Shown here piece after piece: positions 33,465 to 42,967 of a stretch of 64,000 bases of DNA. A program made the position numbers and the translations under genes. The stretch covers positions 1 through 64,000 of the forward strand of contig JAQGDQ010002403.1 in the NCBI GenBank assembly GCA_030141605.1. The letters are read 5' to 3'. The notes under the pieces are model-generated. The model was not told the origin of the DNA. It saw nothing but the letters and a program-made list of their open reading frames with translations, and searched no databases. The DNA comes from Tubiluchus corallicola. Lineage: Eukaryota > Animalia > Priapulida. Each line of letters opens with the position of its first letter. The stretch's first letter is position 1.

Positions 33465-34466
33465 CTACTTTAGTTCTTTAGATAAATCATTCAACATATT
33501 ACCATAAACATCACTTAACGCACTAATATTGCTCACCAAACGTTCACTCTCTTGATGATACTTTTGCGAATTTTCTACCGAAGTTTCTAAACCTTTATGT
33601 AGCTTCTGTGCAGTTTTCACATACTCATTAGCTTCATTTAACTGTAATTCATATGCTGCATTTAAAGCAGACAGATTCTTGTTCACATTCTCCAAACTTT
33701 TCGTATACTCAACATTGCTTGTTTCCATTACACCTACCTTGTCTTTAACTGTTTGAGACAATTGCAAATAAGCATCCGAAATATTTTGACTAGATGTTTT
33801 TATTGCCTCACTTGCATTATTATAAGATATAGCAATATCTTGATTCGAATGTTTTAATGTTTCACTTGTCTCCTTCACACTTTCTGCAATATCCTTTGTT
33901 GATCTGTCCATTTCCTCTGCAAAATTAGAGGCGGACATATTAATAATCTCCGAAAAAGAATTAGTAGACTCAGAGAACTTTTGGGAGTTTTCCTTAAAAG
34001 AACTTAAACCTTCACTTGCTTCATTAATATTTTCCACATAACTATCCATAGCAACAGAAATTCCTGACAAACTCTCCATAGAAGAAACTGTTTCTTGCAA
34101 TTTTCCAAAACTTTCTTCCAAAATCTGAGCTTCCTCAACAGAAATACGAGGCATAGTTCCTCCTACGCCTTGTTGTGCAATAACAGGTTCTTTGGGAGCA
34201 ATAGGAGTATTTAAACTATTCGGTTCCAAGCCCGCCAATTCTGGATACACAATACTCCAATCCACCTCCTTGTGAGGAGGTTCAAAAGCAGAAAAGAAGA
34301 AAATAACAGCCTCAACCCCCAAGCCCAATACAATAAAAAGACTTGCACCAGGATAATGCTGGATCTTAAAAAGTGCTCCAATAATCACAACAGATGCCCC
34401 CCAACCAGTCACAAAACCCATAAATCGTCGCCATTTATCGCTTTCCACTAATTCTTTTAGTCCCAT
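33465..34466 (-). CDS. gldL: T9SS motor protein GldL/PorL
   Basis: WGASVVIIGALFKIQH, EAVIFFFSAFEP, WSIVYPEL, YGNML. Confidence 0.95.
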   Translation of the reverse strand: MGLKELVESDKWRRFMGFVTGWGASVVIIGALFKIQHYPGASLFIVLGLGVEAVIFFFSAFEPPHKEVDWSIVYPELAGLEPNSLNTPIAPKEPVIAQQGVGGTMPRISVEEAQILEESFGKLQETVSSMESLSGISVAMDSYVENINEASEGLSSFKENSQKFSESTNSFSEIINMSASNFAEEMDRSTKDIAESVKETSETLKHSNQDIAISYNNASEAIKTSSQNISDAYLQLSQTVKDKVGVMETSNVEYTKSLENVNKNLSALNAAYELQLNEANEYVKTAQKLHKGLETSVENSQKYHQESERLVSNISALSDVYGNMLNDLSKELK

Positions 34467-34511
34467 AGATATAAATTATTTAAAATAGTTTAATTAATTT
34501 TCAGCAACATA

Positions 34512-35876
34512 TTAAAAACTTCCAAGCAACGAAGACCTTACACATCTAAACCCAATGTACGCCCTTGTCTCATATTCATATTCATAGTCTCTCGTACCCA
34601 CCTGTAAAAAATAAGCAATATCTTTCCAAGAACCTCCTCTTATCACCTTTCTTTTCATCACATCAGGGTCATCTGGTCTCGAATTATATTTAAAATCAGG
34701 GCTCATATCATGAACAAGATTATAAGAAGATTCATCATAAGCAGTACTTGTCCACTCAGCTACATTACCTGCCATATCATATAAATTAAACTCATTAGGA
34801 GCATAACTACCAACAGGTGTAGTAGTAGTACCTCCATCAGCAGCATAATTACCTCTTAAAGGCTTAAAATTTGCTAAAAAACATCCTTTATTATTTCTCG
34901 TATAAGGGCCACCCCAAGGGTATGGAGACATTTGCAACCCCCCCCTTGCAGCGTACTCCCACTCAGCCTCTGAAGGTAAGCGATAGTCTTGAACCTCTAC
35001 GCCTTGTTTCTGCCTCAAAAAACTATTTAAAGAATTAGTTCGCCAAATACAAAATGCAGTAGCTTGCTTCCAATTTACCCCTACTAATGGGTACTCGTCA
35101 AAGCCAGGATGGCTAAAGTAACCTCTCACATAAGGCTCATTAAAAGAATAAGTAAAATCCCTAATCCAACAAAGTGTATCAGGATAAACATTTACCTTAT
35201 CTCTCATTATAAAAGAAGACCTTCCAGTTATCTCGCGTCTCTCTCCATCAATATCATATACATAACCCTCTCCCTCATATCGTTCTTCATCATAATTGTA
35301 TTTATTCTTAGCAGCCTGAAGAAAATCAATCCAATAGTAAGCATAAACTAGCTTTCTAATATCTACTTCCTTCTTGCCAGGGAATCTGTCCTCTTCTGGA
35401 TAATATAGCTCCTCCAAAGCTTCAACTATCTCTGGGTCTCTCATATCTATTGGGATATCGTTATTTAATCTTGGAGGATCTATAAAATTTCCAAACTTAT
35501 CCTCAGTTATTAAGAACTCATCAAATTGTTCACTCAAGATAGTTCTCTTTATAGAATCTTTTACCCACTCTACAAATTGGCGATACTCATTATTAGTAAT
35601 CTCTGTTTCGTCCATCCAAAAAGCTTCCATAGAAACTGTTTTAGATTGAGTATTCAAAGCCCAAGATACATCCTCATCGTTAGGTCCCATTATAAAACTT
35701 CCCCTTGGAATAAACACCATACCATATGGAACAGGTTCATACCATTTAGGCCTACCTCCAACTCCAACAAGCTCCCCATTTTTAGGAACTCTATTAGATG
35801 CAGTAGTTCCACAACTCAACATTGTAGCTACTATTCCTATTAAACCAGCGTATGAAATAATTTTTCTTCTAACCAT
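34512..35876 (-). CDS. gldK: T9SS lipoprotein GldK/PorK
   Basis: Lipobox, FGE-sulfatase fold: RLPSEAEWEYAARG, DMAGNVAEW, RGGSW, IGFRCV. Confidence 0.93.
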   Translation of the reverse strand: MVRRKIISYAGLIGIVATMLSCGTTASNRVPKNGELVGVGGRPKWYEPVPYGMVFIPRGSFIMGPNDEDVSWALNTQSKTVSMEAFWMDETEITNNEYRQFVEWVKDSIKRTILSEQFDEFLITEDKFGNFIDPPRLNNDIPIDMRDPEIVEALEELYYPEEDRFPGKKEVDIRKLVYAYYWIDFLQAAKNKYNYDEERYEGEGYVYDIDGERREITGRSSFIMRDKVNVYPDTLCWIRDFTYSFNEPYVRGYFSHPGFDEYPLVGVNWKQATAFCIWRTNSLNSFLRQKQGVEVQDYRLPSEAEWEYAARGGLQMSPYPWGGPYTRNNKGCFLANFKPLRGNYAADGGTTTTPVGSYAPNEFNLYDMAGNVAEWTSTAYDESSYNLVHDMSPDFKYNSRPDDPDVMKRKVIRGGSWKDIAYFLQVGTRDYEYEYETRAYIGFRCVRSSLLGSF

Positions 35877-35907
35877 AAATTATTTATCTAAATTTCTATT
35901 GATCTAT

Positions 35908-36870
35908 CTATAAATATCTTACACTCTTATATTGTTTAGGTCTTATCTGCTTTCTTAAATCAAATAAATACTCAAACATAATTTCCAAAGAGTTTTTCCC
36001 TACAAGCCCTGAATACACTACATCATATGCAACCCCAATTCTTATTCCGTTTTTAAACTCCATACCTCCCATCAAAGCAATTGCATCACTTTGCCTAAAC
36101 AATAAACCGCCCCAGTATATCTTTTTATAAAGAAGAGTGGCTCCAATATCAAATTGAAAAATGTTTCTATTTAGCCTCATAAACACAAATGGCTCAATTT
36201 CTAATAAAGGATTGTTTAGTTGTTTTTTAAAGCCTCCTGTTAAATAATAATGGGTGGCTAATTTATAGCTCAATTGTTCTTTGTCTCCATATTTAAATTT
36301 ACCATTATTCAAATGTAATATAGAAAATCCAATATACCATTCTTTTTCTTTATAAAATATCCCCCAACCAGCATCAAAAATAATTTTATTCTCCTCTTCC
36401 TCTGGTACAATAGGGTCGTTTCCTACATTGCCATTTTCCACGTCTGGGAAATTTAGCTCAGCTATGTTTAATGACTTTTGAAAAATACCAAAACTTAAAC
36501 CAAAACTTAAACTCCCTTTCCACACATCTTGTCTATACGCAGTCGAAAACTTCATATTAACATTGCTTTCGACTCCTATGCTCTCTGATAAAATAGACAA
36601 CCCTACACCCAAATCATTTCCTTTCACATTCAGTGGTAAATCACCATTAAATAACACCGTAGTTGGTGCTCCACTCAAGCCCATCCATTGTTGCCTACTT
36701 ACTGCTGAGATATGAACCCTATCATATCCACCAGCAACACTTGGGTTAACAAACAAATAACTATACACATACTGGCTAAAATTTGGATCCTGTTGCGAAA
36801 AAATAGATTTCTCTATAAAAAGAGAAATAAATATTAAAAAAAATAGAACAACACTCCTTGCCAATATCAA
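35908..36870 (-). CDS. porP: PorP/SprF family T9SS outer-membrane protein
   Basis: QQDPNFSQY, NPSVAG, RQQWMG...APTT; heads the gldKLMN operon. Confidence 0.9.
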   Translation of the reverse strand: MILARSVVLFFLIFISLFIEKSIFSQQDPNFSQYVYSYLFVNPSVAGGYDRVHISAVSRQQWMGLSGAPTTVLFNGDLPLNVKGNDLGVGLSILSESIGVESNVNMKFSTAYRQDVWKGSLSFGLSFGIFQKSLNIAELNFPDVENGNVGNDPIVPEEEENKIIFDAGWGIFYKEKEWYIGFSILHLNNGKFKYGDKEQLSYKLATHYYLTGGFKKQLNNPLLEIEPFVFMRLNRNIFQFDIGATLLYKKIYWGGLLFRQSDAIALMGGMEFKNGIRIGVAYDVVYSGLVGKNSLEIMFEYLFDLRKQIRPKQYKSVRYL

Positions 36871-37154
36871 TTTCTAAAACGAATAAATAGTTAATTTATT
36901 ATTATATCTTTCCACAATGCAAAAAAGCAAAAAATTGACAATCCTCAAAACTTTTTACATCTAAAATTAATTTTATAAAAGTCTATTTATTCTAAATAAA
37001 ATCATAAAGCAAAAATATTAAAAAATACATTACAAAAAACTTATTATAATATTTTTATTTTTTTTAACAAATTACCCTTTCCCTTCTTTCAGCACTATAA
37101 CTATAATTTTCATACATTTGCATCACAAATATCTTGGTTATAAACATCATAAGA

Positions 37155-37985
37155 ATGAAAATATTTACAGAAAAAAAGAGACTAACACAAGAACTTGAAA
37201 ACACACAAAAAAACATAGGATTTGTTCCCACAATGGGAATGCTACATCAAGGACATCTGTCGCTTATAGAAAAATCAACACAAGAAAACGAAATCACAGT
37301 AGTATCTATATTTGTTAATCCTACACAATTCAATGATCCCAAAGACCTTAAAAAGTATCCTCGTAATTTAGAAAAAGACATTAAAAAACTACAAGCCGCA
37401 AAATGTACACATCTATTTATACCCTCCACACAAGAAATATACCCTAAACCTGATACACGCACCTTCAACTTTGGATACCTTAACACTGTAATGGAAGCCA
37501 AATACCGAGAAAATCATTTCAATGGAGTAGCACAAGTAGTATCCAAACTATTTGAAATTGTACCCGCCCACAAAGCCTATTTTGGACTAAAAGACCTACA
37601 ACAATACGCCATCATCAAACAATTAGCACAACAACTCAAACTAAGAACCCAAATCATCCCTTGCCCTACTGTTAGAGACACTGACAAACTTGCACTTAGC
37701 TCTCGTAATAAACGCCTTACACCTCAACAACGTAAAAACGCACAAGCCATACCTAACACATTGTTCAAAGCCAGAAAACTTGCTAATACGCATACGCCTG
37801 AACAACTCACTCAATGGGCAATACAGCAAATTAATCAAAACCCGAACATACAACTTCACTACTTCCAAATAGTAGACCCTAACACACTCAAAACCATCAC
37901 ACACTGGAACGAAACCCCTAACCCCACAGCCTGTATAGCAGCAAACATAGGAGAAACGAGGCTAATAGATAACCTTATATTTTAA
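37155..37985 (+). CDS. panC: Pantoate--beta-alanine ligase
   Basis: FVPTMGMLHQGH, SIFVNPTQF, FGLKD, LSSRN, RLIDN. Confidence 0.96.
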   Translation: MKIFTEKKRLTQELENTQKNIGFVPTMGMLHQGHLSLIEKSTQENEITVVSIFVNPTQFNDPKDLKKYPRNLEKDIKKLQAAKCTHLFIPSTQEIYPKPDTRTFNFGYLNTVMEAKYRENHFNGVAQVVSKLFEIVPAHKAYFGLKDLQQYAIIKQLAQQLKLRTQIIPCPTVRDTDKLALSSRNKRLTPQQRKNAQAIPNTLFKARKLANTHTPEQLTQWAIQQINQNPNIQLHYFQIVDPNTLKTITHWNETPNPTACIAANIGETRLIDNLIF

Positions 37986-38137
37986 AAAACAGACTACCCC
38001 CTTTTTTAAACAATACTCCATACCTTTCAAAGCAAATAATAGCAATTATACATTAGTTTCAAGTATATTTAATGTAAATACATACAACATAAAACAGCTC
38101 ATTTAGTTTATATATAGAATCAAAAAAACTAAATGGG

Positions 38138-38772
38138 GTGAACAATACTTTTATTAGCCTAAAATTTTTACTGACAATTCTAGCAATATTTATAATCTCG
38201 CCCATAATAAAAAGGAGAAGAAAATATGCTTTTTAATGGGAAAAAACATAAAATAGGTTTCAGCTTAGGTTATGCAAGCCAACAAGTCGAAGTACTTGAT
38301 AAAAGGCTAACCGTAGATGCACATTATATTTATGATGTGCATTTCTTTCAATTACAGTACGACTATTCTATCCTTAGAAAAAAAAGGTGGAGCTTAGAAC
38401 TATTGGTACAATCTGAATATAATACTTCTTAATTTTACTGAAAAAGGAGATACAAACAGCAACAAAGAAACAGGTTGTGAACTGGGAACTAACATAGGAA
38501 TACTAATTCGAAAAAGCCTTTTGAAAGATTTTTTGGGAACTTACTTCCTTATCAATGTAGGACCTCACTACATAAGCGGAGCACCCAAAAGACAATCTCC
38601 ACAATTTATAATCTCTGATAGCATTAACTTAGGCTTAAGTATCAAGGTGTTAAAAAACTTATATGCAGATTTAAAAATAGGACTTAGACACTTGTCCAAT
38701 GCAGGTTTAAACCCTCCAAACTCTGGGTTAAACTACCTTACCACAAATGCGGGCTTGTTTATAGCCTTTTAA
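38138..38772 (+). pseudogene. Frameshifted PagL/acyloxyacyl hydrolase-like outer-membrane beta-barrel
   Basis: Signal peptide from GTG 38138, frame change near 38210, fragment 38226-38432, frame change near 38430, final fragment with RHLSNAGL..PNSG and terminal Phe. Confidence 0.75.
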
Positions 38773-38880
38773 ACCTGTCTTAATAAAAAAATTAAACCGT
38801 CATATTGACGATTTCTTTACTTTTTAATTTATTTGATATAATTTTGCAAATAATATACTATCGTAATACAAAATAATATA

Positions 38881-39231
38881 ATGCAAATAGAACTACTAAA
38901 ATCTAAAATTCACAGAGTAACTATCACTGAAGCCAACATCAACTACACGGGTAGTGTAGAGATAGACCAAGACTTAATGGACGCTGCCAACATTTTAGAA
39001 CATGAAAAAGTCCAAGTACTAAATCTCAATAATGGTGAACGCTTAGACACCTATGTAATAAAAGGCAAACGAGGAAGTGGCACCATTTGTCTTAATGGGC
39101 CTGCTGCACGCAAAGGATTAGTAGGTGATATACTCATTATAGTAGCTTACTGTACCCTCACGCCCGAAGAAGCACACACACATCAACCTATTATTTTACA
39201 TCCTGACACTGCCACCAACAAACTGAAATAA
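38881..39231 (+). CDS. panD: Aspartate 1-decarboxylase
   Basis: KSKIHR, YTG|S cleavage site, ICLNGPAAR. Confidence 0.97.
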   Translation: MQIELLKSKIHRVTITEANINYTGSVEIDQDLMDAANILEHEKVQVLNLNNGERLDTYVIKGKRGSGTICLNGPAARKGLVGDILIIVAYCTLTPEEAHTHQPIILHPDTATNKLK

Positions 39232-39397
39232 ATGCAATCATAACTGTAGTTGCATCATAGCATAGTAAAGGAAAGTTGCAAACCTCCTCTACCATAAAAC
39301 CACTTGAAAGAAGGTAACATATTACTTTATTTCAGAACAGGGGAATATCTTATTTTAAATTTAAATATCGTCTGCAATTTCAACTGCAAAGAGAGAA

Positions 39398-40753
39398 ATG
39401 GCAAAAACAAAACAAACATATATCTGTCGAAACTGCCAAACACAGCATTTACAATGGTCAGGAAAATGCAATAGCTGTGGTGAATGGAACACCATAGAAA
39501 AAATTACCACCATCATCAAGAAAAATAACAATTTCGAAGCTCTCCTTGCCCATAACACACCTACTCCCATTGATCAGATAGCACATACTCATACAACACG
39601 TATAGACACTAAAAACACTGAACTCAATAGAGTGTTAGGAGGAGGATTAGTTCACGGCACACTCATACTCATTGGCGGAGAACCCGGTATAGGTAAGTCT
39701 ACCCTAGCCTTGCAAATTGCCTTGCAACTTACCAACTATAAAACACTATATATATCAGGAGAAGAAAGCCCACAGCAAATTAAATTGCGGGCTACTCGCA
39801 TTGCTACTCCTAATCACAACACACACATCCTTACCGAAACCAGCCTCGAAAACATCACAGCACAAATAAAAGCTACCCAGCCTGATATTATCATCATAGA
39901 CTCCATACAAACTATCCATACCCAAAATATAGAAGCTTCCATAGGCAGCATTACACAAATAAAAGAATGCTCCAATCAGCTCCAACATATTGCCAAACAA
40001 TCCAATATACCTATCATACTCATTTCACACATTAATAAAGAAGGAAACTTAGCAGGTCCAAAAGCCCTAGAACATATTGTAGATACAGTGCTGCATTTTG
40101 AAGGCGACACTCATCACTTATACCGAATACTTCGCACCACTAAAAACCGTTATGGCTCTACAAATGAAATTGGCATCTACGAGATGAATCGCAATGGGTT
40201 AACAGTAGTTGCAAATCCTTCACAATTGCTACTTGCCCAACATAATCAACCACTTGGAGGTATTACTACTTCTGCCACCATAGAGGGCAACCGTCCTTTT
40301 CTTATAGAGGTACAAGCCCTTGTGAGTAGCGCAGTATATGGCACACCACAACGTACTACTACGGGGTTCAACACCAAGCGTCTTAATATGCTTCTTGCTG
40401 TGTTAGAAAAGAAAGCTCGTTTCAATCTTGCTACTAAAGACGTATTTATCAATATAGCAGGAGGTATCAAGGTGAACGATCCTGCCAACGATTTAGCTGT
40501 TATTACTGCTGTACTGTCTTCTAATATAGATACTCCTGTTACTTCTCATTATTGTTTTGCTGGCGAAGTAGGTCTTTCAGGTGAGATACGTCCCGTTACC
40601 CGTATAGACATCCGTATCAAAGAAGCAGAAAAATTAGGCTTTAAGAAAATATTTATTTCCGCTGCTCACAATCTTAACACCACAAACCACAAACTCACAA
40701 TCGTCTTCGTCGAAAAGATAGAAGACGTGTTTAAACAATGTTTTAAACAGTGA
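39398..40753 (+). CDS. radA: DNA repair protein RadA/Sms
   Basis: C4 zinc finger, GEPGIGKST, KNRYG, GEVGLSGEIR. Confidence 0.97.
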   Translation: MAKTKQTYICRNCQTQHLQWSGKCNSCGEWNTIEKITTIIKKNNNFEALLAHNTPTPIDQIAHTHTTRIDTKNTELNRVLGGGLVHGTLILIGGEPGIGKSTLALQIALQLTNYKTLYISGEESPQQIKLRATRIATPNHNTHILTETSLENITAQIKATQPDIIIIDSIQTIHTQNIEASIGSITQIKECSNQLQHIAKQSNIPIILISHINKEGNLAGPKALEHIVDTVLHFEGDTHHLYRILRTTKNRYGSTNEIGIYEMNRNGLTVVANPSQLLLAQHNQPLGGITTSATIEGNRPFLIEVQALVSSAVYGTPQRTTTGFNTKRLNMLLAVLEKKARFNLATKDVFINIAGGIKVNDPANDLAVITAVLSSNIDTPVTSHYCFAGEVGLSGEIRPVTRIDIRIKEAEKLGFKKIFISAAHNLNTTNHKLTIVFVEKIEDVFKQCFKQ

Positions 40754-41054
40754 TATGTTAAACTTAGCCATTCAACAATTCGCTTATTTTCAAACAAAGC
40801 CAATTTCAACCACTACATTTTGCTGAAAGTTTTACAAAATTAAAAATGGAGCAGATTGTTATTTCCTTATAAGAGTGGCATCTGTTTACTTAGCGAATGG
40901 TCTTACTCATAGGTTTTTTTTAGAAATACTTACAAAGCTGCCATATTCAAGCTCGCTCTTTTTTTTAATCGGTAAAGAGAAGATGTAAGAAAGGCAAATG
41001 AGTCAAAAAAACATTAGAAAACAATTAATCTAATCTTTATGATATTTGACTACT

Positions 41055-42347
41055 TCAATTATTTTTAAGCAACTGTATGTAGCCTCTTTCATTGTAGTTG
41101 TAGCCGTTAAAATCTGTGGCTTTGATAGTGTAGAAATACACCCCCGCAGATGCATTTCCTCCGTCCCAACCTTCGTCAGGGTTATTCCACTCAAATATTT
41201 TACGTCCCTGTCTGTTGTATATTCTTGCATTAAAGGAGCTAAGGGAACGATGCTTTACTTTAAATATATCATTGATACCATCGCCGTTAGGTGTAAAAGC
41301 ATTAGGGATTTCTAATTCAGAATCTACCACAAAAATAGTTTTAAAATCAGCAGTATCAAAGCACCCGGCATTACTTTGCAGACTTACAAATACACTATCA
41401 TAACCATTTTCTTGATATTTAGTATAAGTAAAAGTAGCCCCAAAATTTTCTATTTGGAAGTCAGTAGTTTTGTCTTTATCTCCAAAATGCCAAGTAAGAT
41501 TTTTAATATTCTCCACAAGGTAAGAAGTATTAATAAATCTAATTTCTAAGGGTGCAATTCCTGCAATATCACCAGCTCCATCAGTTTCTTTATCAGGGTC
41601 AGTAGCCTCTATATCAAAATCAGCCTTTACTCTTATGGGTTGATACCTGATAGTGTCTTTATTGTACCCGCCTACTTGGTCAGTTACAATAAGCGTAAAA
41701 AGTGTAGAAACAGGAGGTAAAGGATTAATAACTGTAAGGGTATCAGTAGAGCTCCCTAAATCAACTATAAGGTCGTCTGTTTCCAGTTCCCAATTCCAGA
41801 CAGTAGAAGCAATATTACTCACAAGAGTTTCTTGATTTTCAGAAGGTGTTGTGGCACTTAAATCATAGTAGACAAGAGTATCTAAAACAATAGTATCAAC
41901 TGTTACTTGAAACTTTTCGCAACTATCTGTATCTACAAGCAATAATAGCTCTTTAATATTTATGTAATTATTGTAGACCCACACAGTTGCAGAATGCTCA
42001 GTTGCATCTCCTTGATTTATTATAACTTTATATGCTCCCGTTTCTAAATTAGATATATTTTGTTCATTACCAATATCAGTCCATGAATCTGAATCTAAAT
42101 CATATTTTTGCCACAGATAATTTGGTGATGTCGAATTTGTAGTGTCGTGGGCTATGAATTCTCCTATGTTATCTACATTGATAGTGTCAGAGAATACAAA
42201 TATGGTGTCATCAGGTGGTACGGCATAACTGGTAATAGTTTTACCTGTGGCAGTGGGTGCTGTAATGATTTGAGAAGATGAAGTAGAAATATTTAAAACA
42301 ATACAAATAAGTAAAATAGATAGCTTAATATGGGTAAATACCTTCAT
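41055..42347 (-). CDS. T9SS type-B CTD (CHU_C) secreted protein with PKD/Ig-like domains
   Basis: Signal peptide; PKD-like WHFGD; C-terminal IPNAFTPNGDGIND...IYNR.G...GWDG...GVYFY. Confidence 0.88.
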   Translation of the reverse strand: MKVFTHIKLSILLICIVLNISTSSSQIITAPTATGKTITSYAVPPDDTIFVFSDTINVDNIGEFIAHDTTNSTSPNYLWQKYDLDSDSWTDIGNEQNISNLETGAYKVIINQGDATEHSATVWVYNNYINIKELLLLVDTDSCEKFQVTVDTIVLDTLVYYDLSATTPSENQETLVSNIASTVWNWELETDDLIVDLGSSTDTLTVINPLPPVSTLFTLIVTDQVGGYNKDTIRYQPIRVKADFDIEATDPDKETDGAGDIAGIAPLEIRFINTSYLVENIKNLTWHFGDKDKTTDFQIENFGATFTYTKYQENGYDSVFVSLQSNAGCFDTADFKTIFVVDSELEIPNAFTPNGDGINDIFKVKHRSLSSFNARIYNRQGRKIFEWNNPDEGWDGGNASAGVYFYTIKATDFNGYNYNERGYIQLLKNN

Positions 42348-42402
42348 CTTGATGAATATTATTTCTCCTACAAAAATAAAAAAATAAACATCGCTTATGA
42401 AA

Positions 42403-42846
42403 TTATTTCCGTAGAGATTTGAAAAAACTCTTTATCAATTGCGAACACTCATTTTCCATTATGCCATTTATCACTTCTGTCCTTTTATGTAACAGATTGG
42501 GACTGTATTGCGTATATCCTTTCTTGGGCTCAGGAGCACCATACACCAACTGTTTTATTTGTGCTCCGTTGAGTGCAGCAGCACACATTGGACAGGGCTC
42601 TATAGTTACATACAAAGTGCATTCGTTGAGGTATTTACTATCTAAATAATTGGTTGCAGATGTTATAGCTTGCATTTCGGCGTGGGCTGTAGTGTCATTA
42701 AGTGTTTGCATTAAATTGTAAGCCCGTGCAATAATGCGGTTATTAGCAACAACCACAACCCCTATAGGAATTTCATCCTTTTGTAGTGCTTTTTGAGCTT
42801 CTTGCAACGCTTGTTTCATAAAATATTGATGAGTGAATGTTTCCAT
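42403..42846 (-). CDS. tadA: tRNA adenosine deaminase
   Basis: EIPIG, TAHAE, EPCPMC. Confidence 0.88.
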   Translation of the reverse strand: METFTHQYFMKQALQEAQKALQKDEIPIGVVVVANNRIIARAYNLMQTLNDTTAHAEMQAITSATNYLDSKYLNECTLYVTIEPCPMCAAALNGAQIKQLVYGAPEPKKGYTQYSPNLLHKRTEVINGIMENECSQLIKSFFKSLRK

Positions 42847-42967
42847 TTTCTTATCTGAAAAGACTAACAATTAGCTTGTAAGAATTAATATAATTCAATT
42901 TGTGATTTCTGTCAATAAGAAGGGTAGTAATACAAACAGTAATTTTCTCCCTTGTAAAAAAAAATAT

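Noticed and set aside
34512-35876. Formylglycine-generating enzyme / DGR target (FGE-sulfatase fold)
   Set aside because: Context identifies it as GldK; no reverse transcriptase or template repeat in the window
40800-40830. Possible IS terminal repeat (TGTAGTGGTTGAA on the minus strand)
   Set aside because: No partner inverted repeat, target duplication or transposase remnant found
40755-40988. Plus-strand frame interrupted by a single TGC-TGA (Cys-Sec-like)
   Set aside because: Peptide resembles no known family, no SECIS-like hairpin seen, and all real genes here use TGA as stop
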